64,000 nt of DNA from Candidatus Cloacimonadales bacterium (lineage in GTDB: Bacteria; Cloacimonadota; Cloacimonadia; Cloacimonadales; JAFGVF01): the NCBI GenBank assembly GCA_963663475.2, contig CAXXJV010000001.1, positions 480,001 through 544,000 on the forward strand, written 5' to 3'. Below, in pieces: positions 29,384-39,302 of this stretch (positions are counted from its first letter, which is position 1; every line of letters starts with the position of its first letter). Under the pieces are notes generated by a model. The model saw only the letters and a list, made by a program, of their open reading frames with translations, was not told the origin of the DNA and made no database searches. The translations under genes were made by a program, and so were the position numbers.

Positions 29384-30028
29384 ATGCAAATTGATAGAAA
29401 AATTGACCACGTCTTATTTGATTTTGATGGAACACTGGCAAATACACTTCCTTTAGGATTTGAGCTATATAACGAAATTGCAGGACAGTATAATTTTATA
29501 AGTGCTGATGACTCTGAGATACCTCAGTTAATGAATATGTCAATTGCTGAAATTCTTAAGTTGAAAAACATACCTCTTTATATGGTTCCAATAGCTCTCT
29601 ATAATGTTAAAAAGAAGATGAAGGCAAGACTTTCAGAAGTTGAACCTTTTGATGGAATTAAAAAATTTCTTTATAATCTTAAAGATGCTGGTTACCATCT
29701 CTCAATAATCTCTTCCAACTCAAAAGAGAATATGATTAAATTCTTAGATATGAACGATATTAATGTCTTTAATTATATCTATTCTTCTACCTCCTTGTTT
29801 GGTAAAGACAAGTTAATCAAACACTATCTTAAGGCTGTTAAGACTAGTGCCGAGAAAGTTCTTTATGTAGGAGATGAAATAAGAGATATCGAAGCAGCTA
29901 AATCCTCTGGAGTAAAAATAGTCTCTGTTACCTGGGGATATAATGATATTGAACTACTAAAAAAACATGAACCTGATTTTCTAGCTGAAAGCATTAATCA
30001 GCTAGAAGATATTATTCTTTCTAAATAA
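29384..30028 (+). CDS. HAD-family phosphatase (phosphoglycolate phosphatase-like)
   Basis: FDFDGTL; ISSNS; YVGDEIRDI; VTWGYN. Confidence 0.88.
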   Translation: MQIDRKIDHVLFDFDGTLANTLPLGFELYNEIAGQYNFISADDSEIPQLMNMSIAEILKLKNIPLYMVPIALYNVKKKMKARLSEVEPFDGIKKFLYNLKDAGYHLSIISSNSKENMIKFLDMNDINVFNYIYSSTSLFGKDKLIKHYLKAVKTSAEKVLYVGDEIRDIEAAKSSGVKIVSVTWGYNDIELLKKHEPDFLAESINQLEDIILSK

Positions 30029-30045
30029 AAGGCATAGGGAAAAAA

Positions 30046-31302
30046 ATGAAAATAGCTGTTATAGGTTTTGGAGCTGGAGCTATTGGTTTTTTAGGTGCTC
30101 TCAAAGGTAGTGAACACCAAATAGACGTTTTTGAAAAAGCAAAAGACATTCACTCAAGTTCTGTCTCAGGAATTAGAGCTGATGGTAAAATATTTGTTTC
30201 TGCCGATATGGGAGGAGATTTACAGGTTGATTTAGACCTTCAAAAGAAAGTAGTTGAATACTACCTCTCAAAAGTTTCTTGCTCACCTGATAAAATAGAA
30301 AAAGGTTCATCCTTTACTAATTCTAAGTACTTTGAAAGCTTCTATGCCCAAGGTTTTAATCCTATTCATGCTGAATTCTGGCATATTGGAACTGATGAAC
30401 TAAAAAATGTGGTTACTAATATCTATGAAGAACTAAATTCCTATGATAATATAAACTTCCATTTTAATAGTCAGGTTGATAAAATTAATCTTAATCCAAA
30501 AGCTGAAATCCACTTAAGTAATGGAGATAAGCAGCAATTTGATAAAGTTGTAGTTGGTGTAGGTAGGACTGGTCATAGGCTAGTAAAATCGATAATAAAT
30601 CAACACCCCGACTTAATAATGGAAAATACTAAGGTGGATTTAGGAGTTAGATTTGAGCTACCTAATCATATAGTAGAAAATCTCAACAGAGAAATGTATG
30701 AATTTAAAGTCCAGCTTCGTACTGCTTCTGGCTACTCAGTTAGAACCTTCTGTAACAATCCTTCAGGCTATGTAGTTACTGAAAAATATGAAGACTTCAT
30801 GACTGTTAATGGCCATGCCAAACTAAATGAAAAAAGCTCTAATACTAATTTTGCTATTTTAGTTACCCACTCCTTTACCCAACCCTTTAACGACCCTATA
30901 GGCTATGGCTCATATATTGCCAAACTGTCTAATATCCTAGCTGGCGGAGATAAAGTTATTTTGCAAACCTTCGGAGATTTTGCCAGATCAAAAAGAACAA
31001 AACACTTAGGAAGAGTTAAAGCTACCCTACCTCAAAATGAATATATACTAGGAGACTTAAATTTAGTCTTCCCTGGAAAAACTTGTCAAGCCCTAACAGA
31101 ATTTATAATAAGTCTTGATAAAGTCCTTCCTGGTATTGCCTACAGCGATAACCTCATGTATGGTACTGAATGCAAATTCTATAGCAATAAAGTAGCGAAT
31201 AATCTTAATTCTAATATCTTATTTATGGGAGATTGCTCTGGCTGGACTAGATCTATTACTTATGCTACTGCTCACGGAGCTATGCTAGCCCAAGATATAT
31301 AG
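30046..31302 (+). CDS. FAD-dependent oxidoreductase
   Basis: IAVIGFGAGA; HIGTD; VDLGVRFE; VRTFCNNP; TVNGH; NTNFAILV; GDCSG. Confidence 0.8.
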   Translation: MKIAVIGFGAGAIGFLGALKGSEHQIDVFEKAKDIHSSSVSGIRADGKIFVSADMGGDLQVDLDLQKKVVEYYLSKVSCSPDKIEKGSSFTNSKYFESFYAQGFNPIHAEFWHIGTDELKNVVTNIYEELNSYDNINFHFNSQVDKINLNPKAEIHLSNGDKQQFDKVVVGVGRTGHRLVKSIINQHPDLIMENTKVDLGVRFELPNHIVENLNREMYEFKVQLRTASGYSVRTFCNNPSGYVVTEKYEDFMTVNGHAKLNEKSSNTNFAILVTHSFTQPFNDPIGYGSYIAKLSNILAGGDKVILQTFGDFARSKRTKHLGRVKATLPQNEYILGDLNLVFPGKTCQALTEFIISLDKVLPGIAYSDNLMYGTECKFYSNKVANNLNSNILFMGDCSGWTRSITYATAHGAMLAQDI

Positions 31303-31409
31303 TCGCATAAAATGTAGTCTAATAGCTTCCACCTGTATTAGTTTTAATTTACTGATATACTCTTCAATCTATGCAAATAGTATCTTCATGATTTTTCATT
31401 CTTAACAAA

Positions 31410-31576
31410 TTATCCCAGAGTATAGTTGAACTTTCTTGAAGATTGCAGATTATTCTAGCAAAATAAGTTACAGAATTTGAGTGCATATAATATATATATT
31501 CCTGAAAATTATGGATCTTACTTTTGCAGAAGAATATAGTGCTATTCACAAAGGTCTACTCAATTATTTGGAATTA
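31410..31576 (+). mobile_element. Fold-back MITE-like element
   Basis: GCAGATTATTCTAGCAAAATAAGTTACAGAATTTGA...CTTTTGCAGAAGAATATAGTGCTATTCACAAAGGTCTACT. Confidence 0.78.
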
Positions 31577-31685
31577 TCTACTCAGGCTAGTTTACTAATT
31601 ATCTTAATTCAAAATAAATAAGATATTCATAGCCATTTCCAAGAAATTACTTATATTAATAAAAAAACATCGAATAGGAAGATTC

Positions 31686-33056
31686 ATGAGAATAGAAAAA
31701 GATTTATTAGGTGATTTAGAAATAAAGAAAGAAAAGTTATATGGTATAAATACAGCAAGAGCTCTAGATAATTTTAAAATATCATCTTTAAAGATGCCTT
31801 CCCTCTTTATCAAGTCTTTAGCCCAAGTAAAATTAGCTTGTGCTAGAACTAATTTCCAGCTTGAATATCTTGATGATGAGAAGTATGAAGCAATCTTTTT
31901 TGCCTTGAATGAAATTATAACAGGTAAACATGATAATGAATTCCCTACAGATGCTTTGCAAGGTGGAGCAGGAACCTCTACAAATATGAATATGAACGAA
32001 GTTGTAGCAAATTTAGCCAATAGGTATCTTGGCCATGAAGTTGGATCTTACCAAGAAGTTAAGCCACTCGCAGATGTTAATATGCACCAATCAACAAATG
32101 ATGTTTATCCTACAGCTCTCAGAATTGCAGTCCTCCACTTGCTCAAAGATTTAGAAAAAGATTTAGCAGAGCTACAAGAAGCTTTGCAAAGTAAAGAACA
32201 AGAATTTCATGATATTATCAAAATTGGTAGAACCCAATTACAAGAAGCAGTTCCAATGACCTTAGGTATGGAGTTTTCTGCCTATGCAGAAGCTATTTCC
32301 CGCGATAGATGGAGAATCTTCAAATGTAGGGAAAGAATCAAAGTTCTTAACCTGGGAGGAACAGCTATCGGAACAGGAGTAGGTGCACCACAAAAGTACA
32401 TCTTTAAAGTTGTAGAGAATCTTAAGGAAATTACAGGACTTGTCATTGCAAGATCAGAGAATCTAGTTGAAACTACTCAAAATCTTGATCCTTTTGTTGA
32501 AATATCTGGCATGATAAAGACTCTTGGGGTTAATCTCTATAAAATTAGTAATGATCTAAGATTATTATCTAGCGATTTAGGCGAAATTAATCTACCTGCC
32601 TTACAGAGTGGGTCCACAATAATGCCTACTAAAATAAACCCTGTCATGCCTGAAGCAGTCTCACAAGTAGCACTTAAAGTCATGACCAATGATTCTCTGC
32701 TTACCAATGCTTCAGCCTTAGGAAACTTAGAGCTAAATCACTTTATGCCTCTCATAGCTTATACTATTCTTGAATCTCTGGAAATCTTACATAATGTAAT
32801 ACCCCTCTTTCAAAATAAATGCATCTTAGGTATTACTGCTAACCCTGAAATCTGCAAGCAAAAACTATTGCAAAGTAGGACTATTGCTACTATCTTTGTT
32901 CCAATCTTAGGCTATGCCAAAGTTGAAGAACTTATCAAAGAATCTATTAAAAATAAAATTAGTATGAGAGATTTAATTCTTCAAGAAAATTTATTGACTG
33001 AATCTCAAGTTGACGAATTACTCTCTCCCAAAAGAATGTATAAGTTAGGATTTTGA
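31686..33056 (+). CDS. aspA: Aspartate ammonia-lyase family protein
   Basis: QGGAGTSTNMN; QSTNDVYPT; KIGRTQLQEA; GGTAIGTG; GSTIMPTKINP. Confidence 0.88.
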   Translation: MRIEKDLLGDLEIKKEKLYGINTARALDNFKISSLKMPSLFIKSLAQVKLACARTNFQLEYLDDEKYEAIFFALNEIITGKHDNEFPTDALQGGAGTSTNMNMNEVVANLANRYLGHEVGSYQEVKPLADVNMHQSTNDVYPTALRIAVLHLLKDLEKDLAELQEALQSKEQEFHDIIKIGRTQLQEAVPMTLGMEFSAYAEAISRDRWRIFKCRERIKVLNLGGTAIGTGVGAPQKYIFKVVENLKEITGLVIARSENLVETTQNLDPFVEISGMIKTLGVNLYKISNDLRLLSSDLGEINLPALQSGSTIMPTKINPVMPEAVSQVALKVMTNDSLLTNASALGNLELNHFMPLIAYTILESLEILHNVIPLFQNKCILGITANPEICKQKLLQSRTIATIFVPILGYAKVEELIKESIKNKISMRDLILQENLLTESQVDELLSPKRMYKLGF

Positions 33057-33196
33057 CCCTGATAATCTTGGTGAACTTTGAAAATTTCCCCAAGAATTAT
33101 TTGGGATAAAAGCAATATTATAAAAATTTCAATACTTATCGAATAGAGATATTTTTACTTTAAGACTAATATCTCTTTCTATATATAGGAGAAAAA

Positions 33197-34267
33197 ATGA
33201 AAGACTATAACTGGGATAACTTATCCAAAGAAGAAATGATAGAATTAATGTCCAGCAATGATAAACAATTATTGCAAAAACTCTACGATGAAGCTTATAA
33301 AGTCAAATTAAAATACGTTGGTAAGACTGTTTATTTTCGCGGTCTAGTTGAGTTTAGTAATATCTGCACCAAGGATTGTCTCTACTGCGGCATTAGAAAA
33401 GGTAATAATAAGGTAGATAGATACTGCCTTTCTAAGGAAGATATCCTCCGCTCTGCCAAATGGGCTTATGATCATAATTATGCCTCCTTTGTTCTGCAAT
33501 CAGGTGAAAGGACAGACGAAGAGTTTGTCTCTTTTGTAGAAGACGTCCTATATACAATCAAAGATAAATATGGACTTGGTGTTACCCTCTCTCTAGGAGA
33601 AGAAAGTCGTGAGACCTATAGAAGATGGAGAAAAGCAGGGGCTAGTCGTTACTTGCTCAGAATTGAATCATCCAACCCTGAAATCTACAAACTCATTCAT
33701 CCTGAAGATTGCGACTTCCAAAAAAGACTGCAAGCTATTGAAGACTTAAGAGCTGAAGATTACCAAGTTGGAACCGGTGTTATGATTGGCTTACCTACTC
33801 AAACATCTCAAGACTTAATAAATGACATCCTCTTCTTCAAAGAACATGATATCGATATGATCGGTATGGGACCCTATATAGTTCATCACGACACCCCTAT
33901 GGCTGCTATGATGAAAGATTATGATCCTAAACACCAACTAGAACTCGGTCTAAAGATGATAGCACTAACCAGACTCTACCTCAAAGATGTTAATATCGCC
34001 TCTACAACTGCCCTCCAAACTTTAGACCCCTTAGGTAGAGAAAGAGGACTACTAGCAGGAGCTAACATCTGCATGCCAGTTGTCTATGAATCTGAAAACA
34101 GAAAAAACTACCTACTCTACGACAATAAACCTGCCCTGACTGAAACAAGTGAAGAAAATATGAAAGCCTTTGAAAAATCTATTCATAGAATCGGCGAAGA
34201 TATTGGTTACGGTGTTATGGGTAACTCTCCTCACTACAAGAAAAGAAAAGGAGAAATCAATGGCTAA
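33197..34267 (+). CDS. hydE: [FeFe]-hydrogenase maturase HydE (radical SAM)
   Basis: RGLVEFSNICTKDCLYCGIR; VLQSGE; RYLLRIE; DMIGMGPY; AGAN; YLLYDNKP; next to hydF. Confidence 0.92.
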   Translation: MKDYNWDNLSKEEMIELMSSNDKQLLQKLYDEAYKVKLKYVGKTVYFRGLVEFSNICTKDCLYCGIRKGNNKVDRYCLSKEDILRSAKWAYDHNYASFVLQSGERTDEEFVSFVEDVLYTIKDKYGLGVTLSLGEESRETYRRWRKAGASRYLLRIESSNPEIYKLIHPEDCDFQKRLQAIEDLRAEDYQVGTGVMIGLPTQTSQDLINDILFFKEHDIDMIGMGPYIVHHDTPMAAMMKDYDPKHQLELGLKMIALTRLYLKDVNIASTTALQTLDPLGRERGLLAGANICMPVVYESENRKNYLLYDNKPALTETSEENMKAFEKSIHRIGEDIGYGVMGNSPHYKKRKGEING

Positions 34268-35471
34268 AGTACCTAGAGGAGAAAGACTAGTCTTAACCTT
34301 AATCGGTAAGAGAAATGCAGGGAAATCTTCTCTGATTAATGCCATGACTGGCCAAGATATTTCAATTGTTTCTGATACTCCAGGAACAACAACAGACCCT
34401 GTAGCTAAAGCCTATGAACTCCTTCCCCTAGGTCCAGTAACAATCTATGATACTGCTGGACTAGATGATGTAGGTGATTTAGGCCTACAAAGAGTTAAAA
34501 AAACTCGTAAGATTCTCTTTAGAACCGATCTTGCTATTATTGTTACTGATTCTTCCTGTTTTGATTCTGATTTAGAAAACTTAGTTAATAACCTTAAAGA
34601 TATGAAGGTCCCTTTTATTATTGCTTTTAATAAGAATGACCTCAAACCACTTCCTAAAGAAACAAGAGACTACTGCAAAGAAAATTCTATTGCCTATGCT
34701 TCTGTTTCTGGAAAATCAGGCGCTGGAGTTAGAATCCTAAAAGAAAAATTAGTTACCCTCCTTCCTTCCAGCCTTACCCACGAAAACAACTTAGTTTCAG
34801 ACCTGCTCCGCCCTGGTCAATTAGTTGTCTTAGTTGTTCCTATTGATTTAGCTGCTCCCAAAGGCAGACTAATCCTTCCCCAAGTGCAAGTTTTAAGAGA
34901 AGTTTTAGACTCTGATGCCATTGGTATTATAGTTAAAGAAAGAGAACTTGAAAAAGCTTTAGCTGGTTTAAGTAGAAAACCAGACCTAGTTATTACCGAT
35001 TCTCAAGTTGTCCTCAAAGTTATTGGAGACTTACCTCCTGATGTGAGATTTACAACCTTCTCTACCCTATTTGCTCGCTACAAAGGAGACTTCGAAACAC
35101 TTGTGGAAGGAGCTAAAGCTATTGATACCTTAAAAGATGGTTCTAAAATCCTAATCGCTGAAGCCTGCTCACATCACCTGCAAGCTGATGATATTGGAAC
35201 TGTTAAAATACCTCGCTGGATGAGACAGTTTACAGGTAAAGAACTAATCTTTGAAAAAAGTGCTGGTAATGACTTCCCAGAAAACTTAGAAGATTATGAC
35301 CTAGTTCTTCACTGTGGATCTTGTATGCTGAATCAGATTGAAATGAAACGTAGGATTATGGAATGCCAAAGACGTGGAATTCCTATCTCTAATTATGGCG
35401 TGACTATTTCTAAACTACATGGTGTTTTAGATAGAGTGATTGAACCATTCTATCTTAAAAAAGAAAATTAA
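34260..35471 (+). CDS. hydF: [FeFe]-hydrogenase maturation GTPase HydF (true start 34260)
   Basis: GKRNAGKSS; PGTTTDPV; DTAG; NKND; APKGRLILPQ; EACSHH; HCGSC. Confidence 0.95.
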   Translation: MAKVPRGERLVLTLIGKRNAGKSSLINAMTGQDISIVSDTPGTTTDPVAKAYELLPLGPVTIYDTAGLDDVGDLGLQRVKKTRKILFRTDLAIIVTDSSCFDSDLENLVNNLKDMKVPFIIAFNKNDLKPLPKETRDYCKENSIAYASVSGKSGAGVRILKEKLVTLLPSSLTHENNLVSDLLRPGQLVVLVVPIDLAAPKGRLILPQVQVLREVLDSDAIGIIVKERELEKALAGLSRKPDLVITDSQVVLKVIGDLPPDVRFTTFSTLFARYKGDFETLVEGAKAIDTLKDGSKILIAEACSHHLQADDIGTVKIPRWMRQFTGKELIFEKSAGNDFPENLEDYDLVLHCGSCMLNQIEMKRRIMECQRRGIPISNYGVTISKLHGVLDRVIEPFYLKKEN

Positions 35472-35477
35472 TTTAAA

Positions 35478-36254
35478 TCCCCTTTCAGCTCATCAAAACA
35501 GTATGAAAGGGGTGCCGTAAGGCGGGGAGAGTAAACACACAGACCGGAGTTCCTCAGCCGTAGGCAAGGGACTTCGGGCGAAAGAGTGTCGGAAGTCGCT
35601 ACTCCGTGAGCAACTCCCGTCACTCCTAATTAGGGTAAAGAATCTCTTTTTTTCTTATCAGTGTTTTCAGTTACTAAATCTTCTAACTAGTAGATTCTAA
35701 AAGGCTCAAGTTCAAGTCTGGTGTGGGAATAATATAGGAGAATGAGAATGTTTCATTAGAATATTGATTCATCAAAAATCCCTGAAAGGGATAAAATAAT
35801 TTAGCCCAGGGTAAGATGCTGAAAGTATTATCGCAACCCTGGGTAATGATGGCTAGCCCAAAGATATTACCCTGTAAGGGTTTAATAAAATGATAAATAA
35901 TGCATTATTTGGGATTATAATAAGTCTATGGTATATATGATGTTATTTAACCCTTTCAGGGTTAGGCTTTGTTTTTCATCACCAGTACCCAGGGTTGCAT
36001 TCCCTTCAGGAATTTACCCTGGGCTAAACTATTTATCCCCTTTTGGGGATTCAAGACTTATCCCCTCAAGATACATAAAAAAGGTGTCCACTATATTGGT
36101 ACTTGACAAACATTCCCCTTTCAGCTCGTAAGAGCGGTATGAGAGGGGTGCCGTTAGGCGGGGAGAGTAAACATTCCCCTTCATTCCCCTTTCAGCTCGT
36201 AAGAGCGGTATGAGAGGGGTGCCGTAAGGCGGGGAGAGTAAACATTCCCCTTCA
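35478..36254. repeat. Mosaic of REP-like palindromic repeats (island 1)
   Basis: About 60-bp unit CCCCTTTCAGCTC...GAGAGGGGTGCCGTAAGGCGGGGAGAGTAAACA at about 35479, 36115 and 36186; GACCGGAGTTCCTC...GGGACTTCGG at 35542; inverted pair of CCCTGAAAGGG...TAGCCCAGGG...AACCCTGGG units at 35778-35885 and 35948-36050. Confidence 0.85.
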
Positions 36255-36297
36255 TCTATCCTACTTTTATTTATTTTTCCCTTTTTTCTCTTCATTC

Positions 36298-36336
36298 TTA
36301 ACCCAATCTTAACACTCCACTTATATTTATTTAACA
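36298..36336 (+). promoter_or_regulatory. Putative Pho box array
   Basis: TTAACC, TTAACA, TTATAT, TTAACA at 36298, 36309, 36321, 36331 (about 11-bp period), then TATAAA, upstream of the porin-pst operon. Confidence 0.6.
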
Positions 36337-36385
36337 TTTAATCAGTATAAACAAGTGAATCAAAAAAAAATAAGTGGAGTAAAAC

Positions 36386-37444
36386 ATGAATTTATCCAGA
36401 AAATTTTTCATTTTAATGTTGTTAGTTGTTGCAGTTCCTTTCCTTCTTGGTGCTATAGAAACCAAGCTTGAAATGGAGTTATGGAATCGTATGTCTTATG
36501 TAGATGATGGTAGTGATGCTGATCCAACAACTTCTTTCTCAGTAGATAGAGGTTATTTTACTTTAAAGCCTGCTTTATCAGAAAACATCTCTGCTAGATT
36601 TACTTTAGATTTTTTCTCATCAGATAAAGATGCTGATGCAAACGGTGCTGGAATCAAAATGAAATATGCTTATTTAGATTTCAAAAACTTTATACCTCTT
36701 CCAAAAGCTACATTATCTGTTGGTTTAACAAAGAACTATTTTGGTTATATCTATAGTTGGAAATATGAAACAATTGAAAAAGATCCTGCAGATTTATGGA
36801 AATTTGCTTCTTCTACTGATTATGGTATAGTTTTCTCAGGTCAAGTTCCTGCTGCTAAAATGACTTATAATCTTGGACTATATAATGGTGAAGGTTACAA
36901 GAAGAGTGGAGATAATGTTAATACAGAATATGCTTATCTAGCCAATGTTAGATTTAAACCTGTAGATATGTTAGAGCTTGGTGGTTCATTCTCAATGAAC
37001 AGTAAAAACAATCCTAATGATGATATGGGTGAAGAAAATCCTGATCATGAAGCTCACACTGCTTTTGCAGGTATGGCTAAATTTGACATGAAAGGTCTTA
37101 CTCTTCTAGGTCAATTCTTAGGCAAAACTGTTGAAAAAGATAATATGGACGATGCTGAAGATGTATCTTCACAAGCTATCTCTCTACTTGCTATGTACAA
37201 CTTAAAAGATGCAGCTGATCTCAATGTTGACCTTGTAGGTCGTTATGATATGTATGATCCTAACACAGATACAGATGATGATGGCAAGAATCTCATGTTA
37301 TTTGGTTTCAACTATCATATCCAAAAGAATGTCCAAGTTCAAGCAAACTATCAAATCACTTCTCATGAAAATGAAGACCTTGAAGATGTTTCAGCTTTAA
37401 TGCTTCAATTACGTTATAGCTTTAAGAACCTTTTAGGTAACTAG
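36386..37444 (+). CDS. Outer membrane porin, probably phosphate-selective (OprO/OprP-like)
   Basis: Signal peptide; FSVDRGY; KYAYLDF; GLYNGEG; GRYDMYDPN; first gene of the pst operon. Confidence 0.7.
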   Translation: MNLSRKFFILMLLVVAVPFLLGAIETKLEMELWNRMSYVDDGSDADPTTSFSVDRGYFTLKPALSENISARFTLDFFSSDKDADANGAGIKMKYAYLDFKNFIPLPKATLSVGLTKNYFGYIYSWKYETIEKDPADLWKFASSTDYGIVFSGQVPAAKMTYNLGLYNGEGYKKSGDNVNTEYAYLANVRFKPVDMLELGGSFSMNSKNNPNDDMGEENPDHEAHTAFAGMAKFDMKGLTLLGQFLGKTVEKDNMDDAEDVSSQAISLLAMYNLKDAADLNVDLVGRYDMYDPNTDTDDDGKNLMLFGFNYHIQKNVQVQANYQITSHENEDLEDVSALMLQLRYSFKNLLGN

Positions 37445-37470
37445 TTTAAATAGAAAATTAGGAGATAATA

Positions 37471-38319
37471 ATGAAATTTACTAAAATCATCCTCACCTTA
37501 GTAGCAATAGCAGCTATAGCAATGTTTGTAGCTTGTGATAACACAAAAGAAATGCAAGGAACTTCTGATTTAGAAGGCAAAATCACCATGTCAGGTTCAA
37601 CAACAGTTTTACCTATAGCTCAAGCCTGTGCAGAAGAATTTATGAATCAAAACCCAAAAGTAAACATCTCTGTTAGAGGTGGTGGTTCTTCTATCGGTAT
37701 CAAAGATATCATGGCAGGAACAGTAGAAATTGGTAATGCTTCTAGAGATGCTAAAGAAAAAGAAATTAAAAAAGCTAAAGCTCAAGGTATTGAATTATAC
37801 CAAAATATTGTAGCTAATGATGGTATCGCTCTTATAGTTAATCCTAAAAATACTATAACAAACTTAACTATCGAGCAAATTCAAGATATCTATACTGGCA
37901 AAGTTACTAATTGGAAAGAACTTGGCGGACCAGATATGAATATCGTTATTATCTCTCGCGACACTTCTTCAGGTACTTATGAAGTATTCTATGAAATTGC
38001 TATGAAAAAACAAAATATCGTTCAAAACTGTATTATGGTTGCTTCTAATAATGCTGCAGTTACTTCAGTGAAAGACACTCCTGGTGCTATTGCTTATGCT
38101 GGTTTAGGCTATCTTTCATCTTCAGTAAAACCTGTCCAAGTTAATGGTGTAGATCCTACTTTTGAGAATGTCTTATCAGGAGCTTATCCAGTAGCTCGTA
38201 AATTAAACATGTACACTAATGGTGCTCCTCAAGGTATAACTAAGAAATTCATTGACTTTGTTCTTTCTGCTGAAGGCCAACAAGTTGTTGAAAAACAAGG
38301 ATTCATTAAAGTACAATAA
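37471..38319 (+). CDS. pstS: Phosphate ABC transporter substrate-binding lipoprotein
   Basis: Lipobox FVAC; SGSTTVLP; GGGSSIG; RDTSSGT; YPVARKL. Confidence 0.93.
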   Translation: MKFTKIILTLVAIAAIAMFVACDNTKEMQGTSDLEGKITMSGSTTVLPIAQACAEEFMNQNPKVNISVRGGGSSIGIKDIMAGTVEIGNASRDAKEKEIKKAKAQGIELYQNIVANDGIALIVNPKNTITNLTIEQIQDIYTGKVTNWKELGGPDMNIVIISRDTSSGTYEVFYEIAMKKQNIVQNCIMVASNNAAVTSVKDTPGAIAYAGLGYLSSSVKPVQVNGVDPTFENVLSGAYPVARKLNMYTNGAPQGITKKFIDFVLSAEGQQVVEKQGFIKVQ

Positions 38320-38350
38320 TAAACCCACAAGTGATAAATAGAAGAAACAA

Positions 38351-38384
38351 TGAAACCCGAGTTATGATCTTCGCTCGGGTTTCA
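38351..38384 (+). terminator. Intercistronic hairpin after pstS (mRNA stabiliser or attenuator)
   Basis: TGAAACCCGAG-12 nt-CTCGGGTTTCA, no T tract. Confidence 0.55.
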
Positions 38385-38426
38385 CTCAAATTAGCTTAGT
38401 ATTATTTTGAATAAAAAAGGAAAAGT

Positions 38427-39293
38427 ATGAAAAATTTTAAAGAAATCCTTTTTAAAAGTCTTACCTATTTTGCTGCAATATTTTCTATTCTAGCACTATT
38501 TGGTATCATATCTACTCTCTTCATTGAAGGCTTACCAATGTTTAAAGAAGTTTCCTTTAGGGAATTCTTTCTTTCGACTAAATGGTATCCTACTAATGAA
38601 CATCAAAGTTTTGGAGCATTAGCTTTGCTTATTGGTTCCGTAACAGTTACCTTAGGAGCCTTAATTATAGCTATTCCTATAGGTCTAGGCTCAGCTATCT
38701 ACTTATCTGAAATAGCTGGTTCTAGAACAAAAGAAATTGTCAAGCCTATGATTGAATTACTTGCTGGTATCCCTTCAGTTGTTTATGGTCTTTTTGGTAT
38801 GGCCTTTTTAGCACCCTTCTTAATTCGCACATTGGGAATAGATTCTGGACTTAACATTTTCACTGCCAGTATTGTTTTAGGAATTATGATTATCCCTATT
38901 ATTTCCAGCATGTCAGAAGATGCACTTTCAACTGTGCCAAGAGCTCTTAGAGAAGCTTCCTACGGACTTGGTGCTACTAAATGGGAAACAATAACAAGAG
39001 TGGTAGTTCCTGCTGCTAAAACTGGCATTATGGGGTCTTTTGTCCTAGGATTTGGAAGAGCTATAGGTGAAACAATGGTTGTGATTATGGTTGCAGGTGG
39101 TGCTGCTCAAATACCTTCGTCAATCTTTGATCCTGTAAGGCCACTTACAACTTCTATTGCGGTTGAAATGGCAGAAACTGTCCTTGGCTCAATTCATTTC
39201 CACTCCCTCTTCGCTCTCGCTATTATGCTATTTATTATTACATTCATTACTAATCTTTTCACAGAATTATTTCTGTTTAAGAAAGTTAAATAA
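38427..39293 (+). CDS. pstC: Phosphate ABC transporter permease PstC
   Basis: ELLAGIPSVVYGLFG; EASYGLGATKWE; GRAIGETM. Confidence 0.95.
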   Translation: MKNFKEILFKSLTYFAAIFSILALFGIISTLFIEGLPMFKEVSFREFFLSTKWYPTNEHQSFGALALLIGSVTVTLGALIIAIPIGLGSAIYLSEIAGSRTKEIVKPMIELLAGIPSVVYGLFGMAFLAPFLIRTLGIDSGLNIFTASIVLGIMIIPIISSMSEDALSTVPRALREASYGLGATKWETITRVVVPAAKTGIMGSFVLGFGRAIGETMVVIMVAGGAAQIPSSIFDPVRPLTTSIAVEMAETVLGSIHFHSLFALAIMLFIITFITNLFTELFLFKKVK

Positions 39294-39302
39294 GGAGTCC
39301 AA

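Noticed and set aside
31604-32020. 138-aa minus-strand ORF and other short antisense ORFs inside long genes
   Set aside because: They overlap well-supported genes on the opposite strand and show no motifs.
36108-36254. Tandem 60-70-bp repeats as a mini-CRISPR
   Set aside because: Repeats abut without unique spacers, and a third copy is dispersed at 35479.
35928-36337. ORFs 35928..36131 and 36029..36337, and similarly 46876..47064
   Set aside because: Translations of REP-like palindromes.
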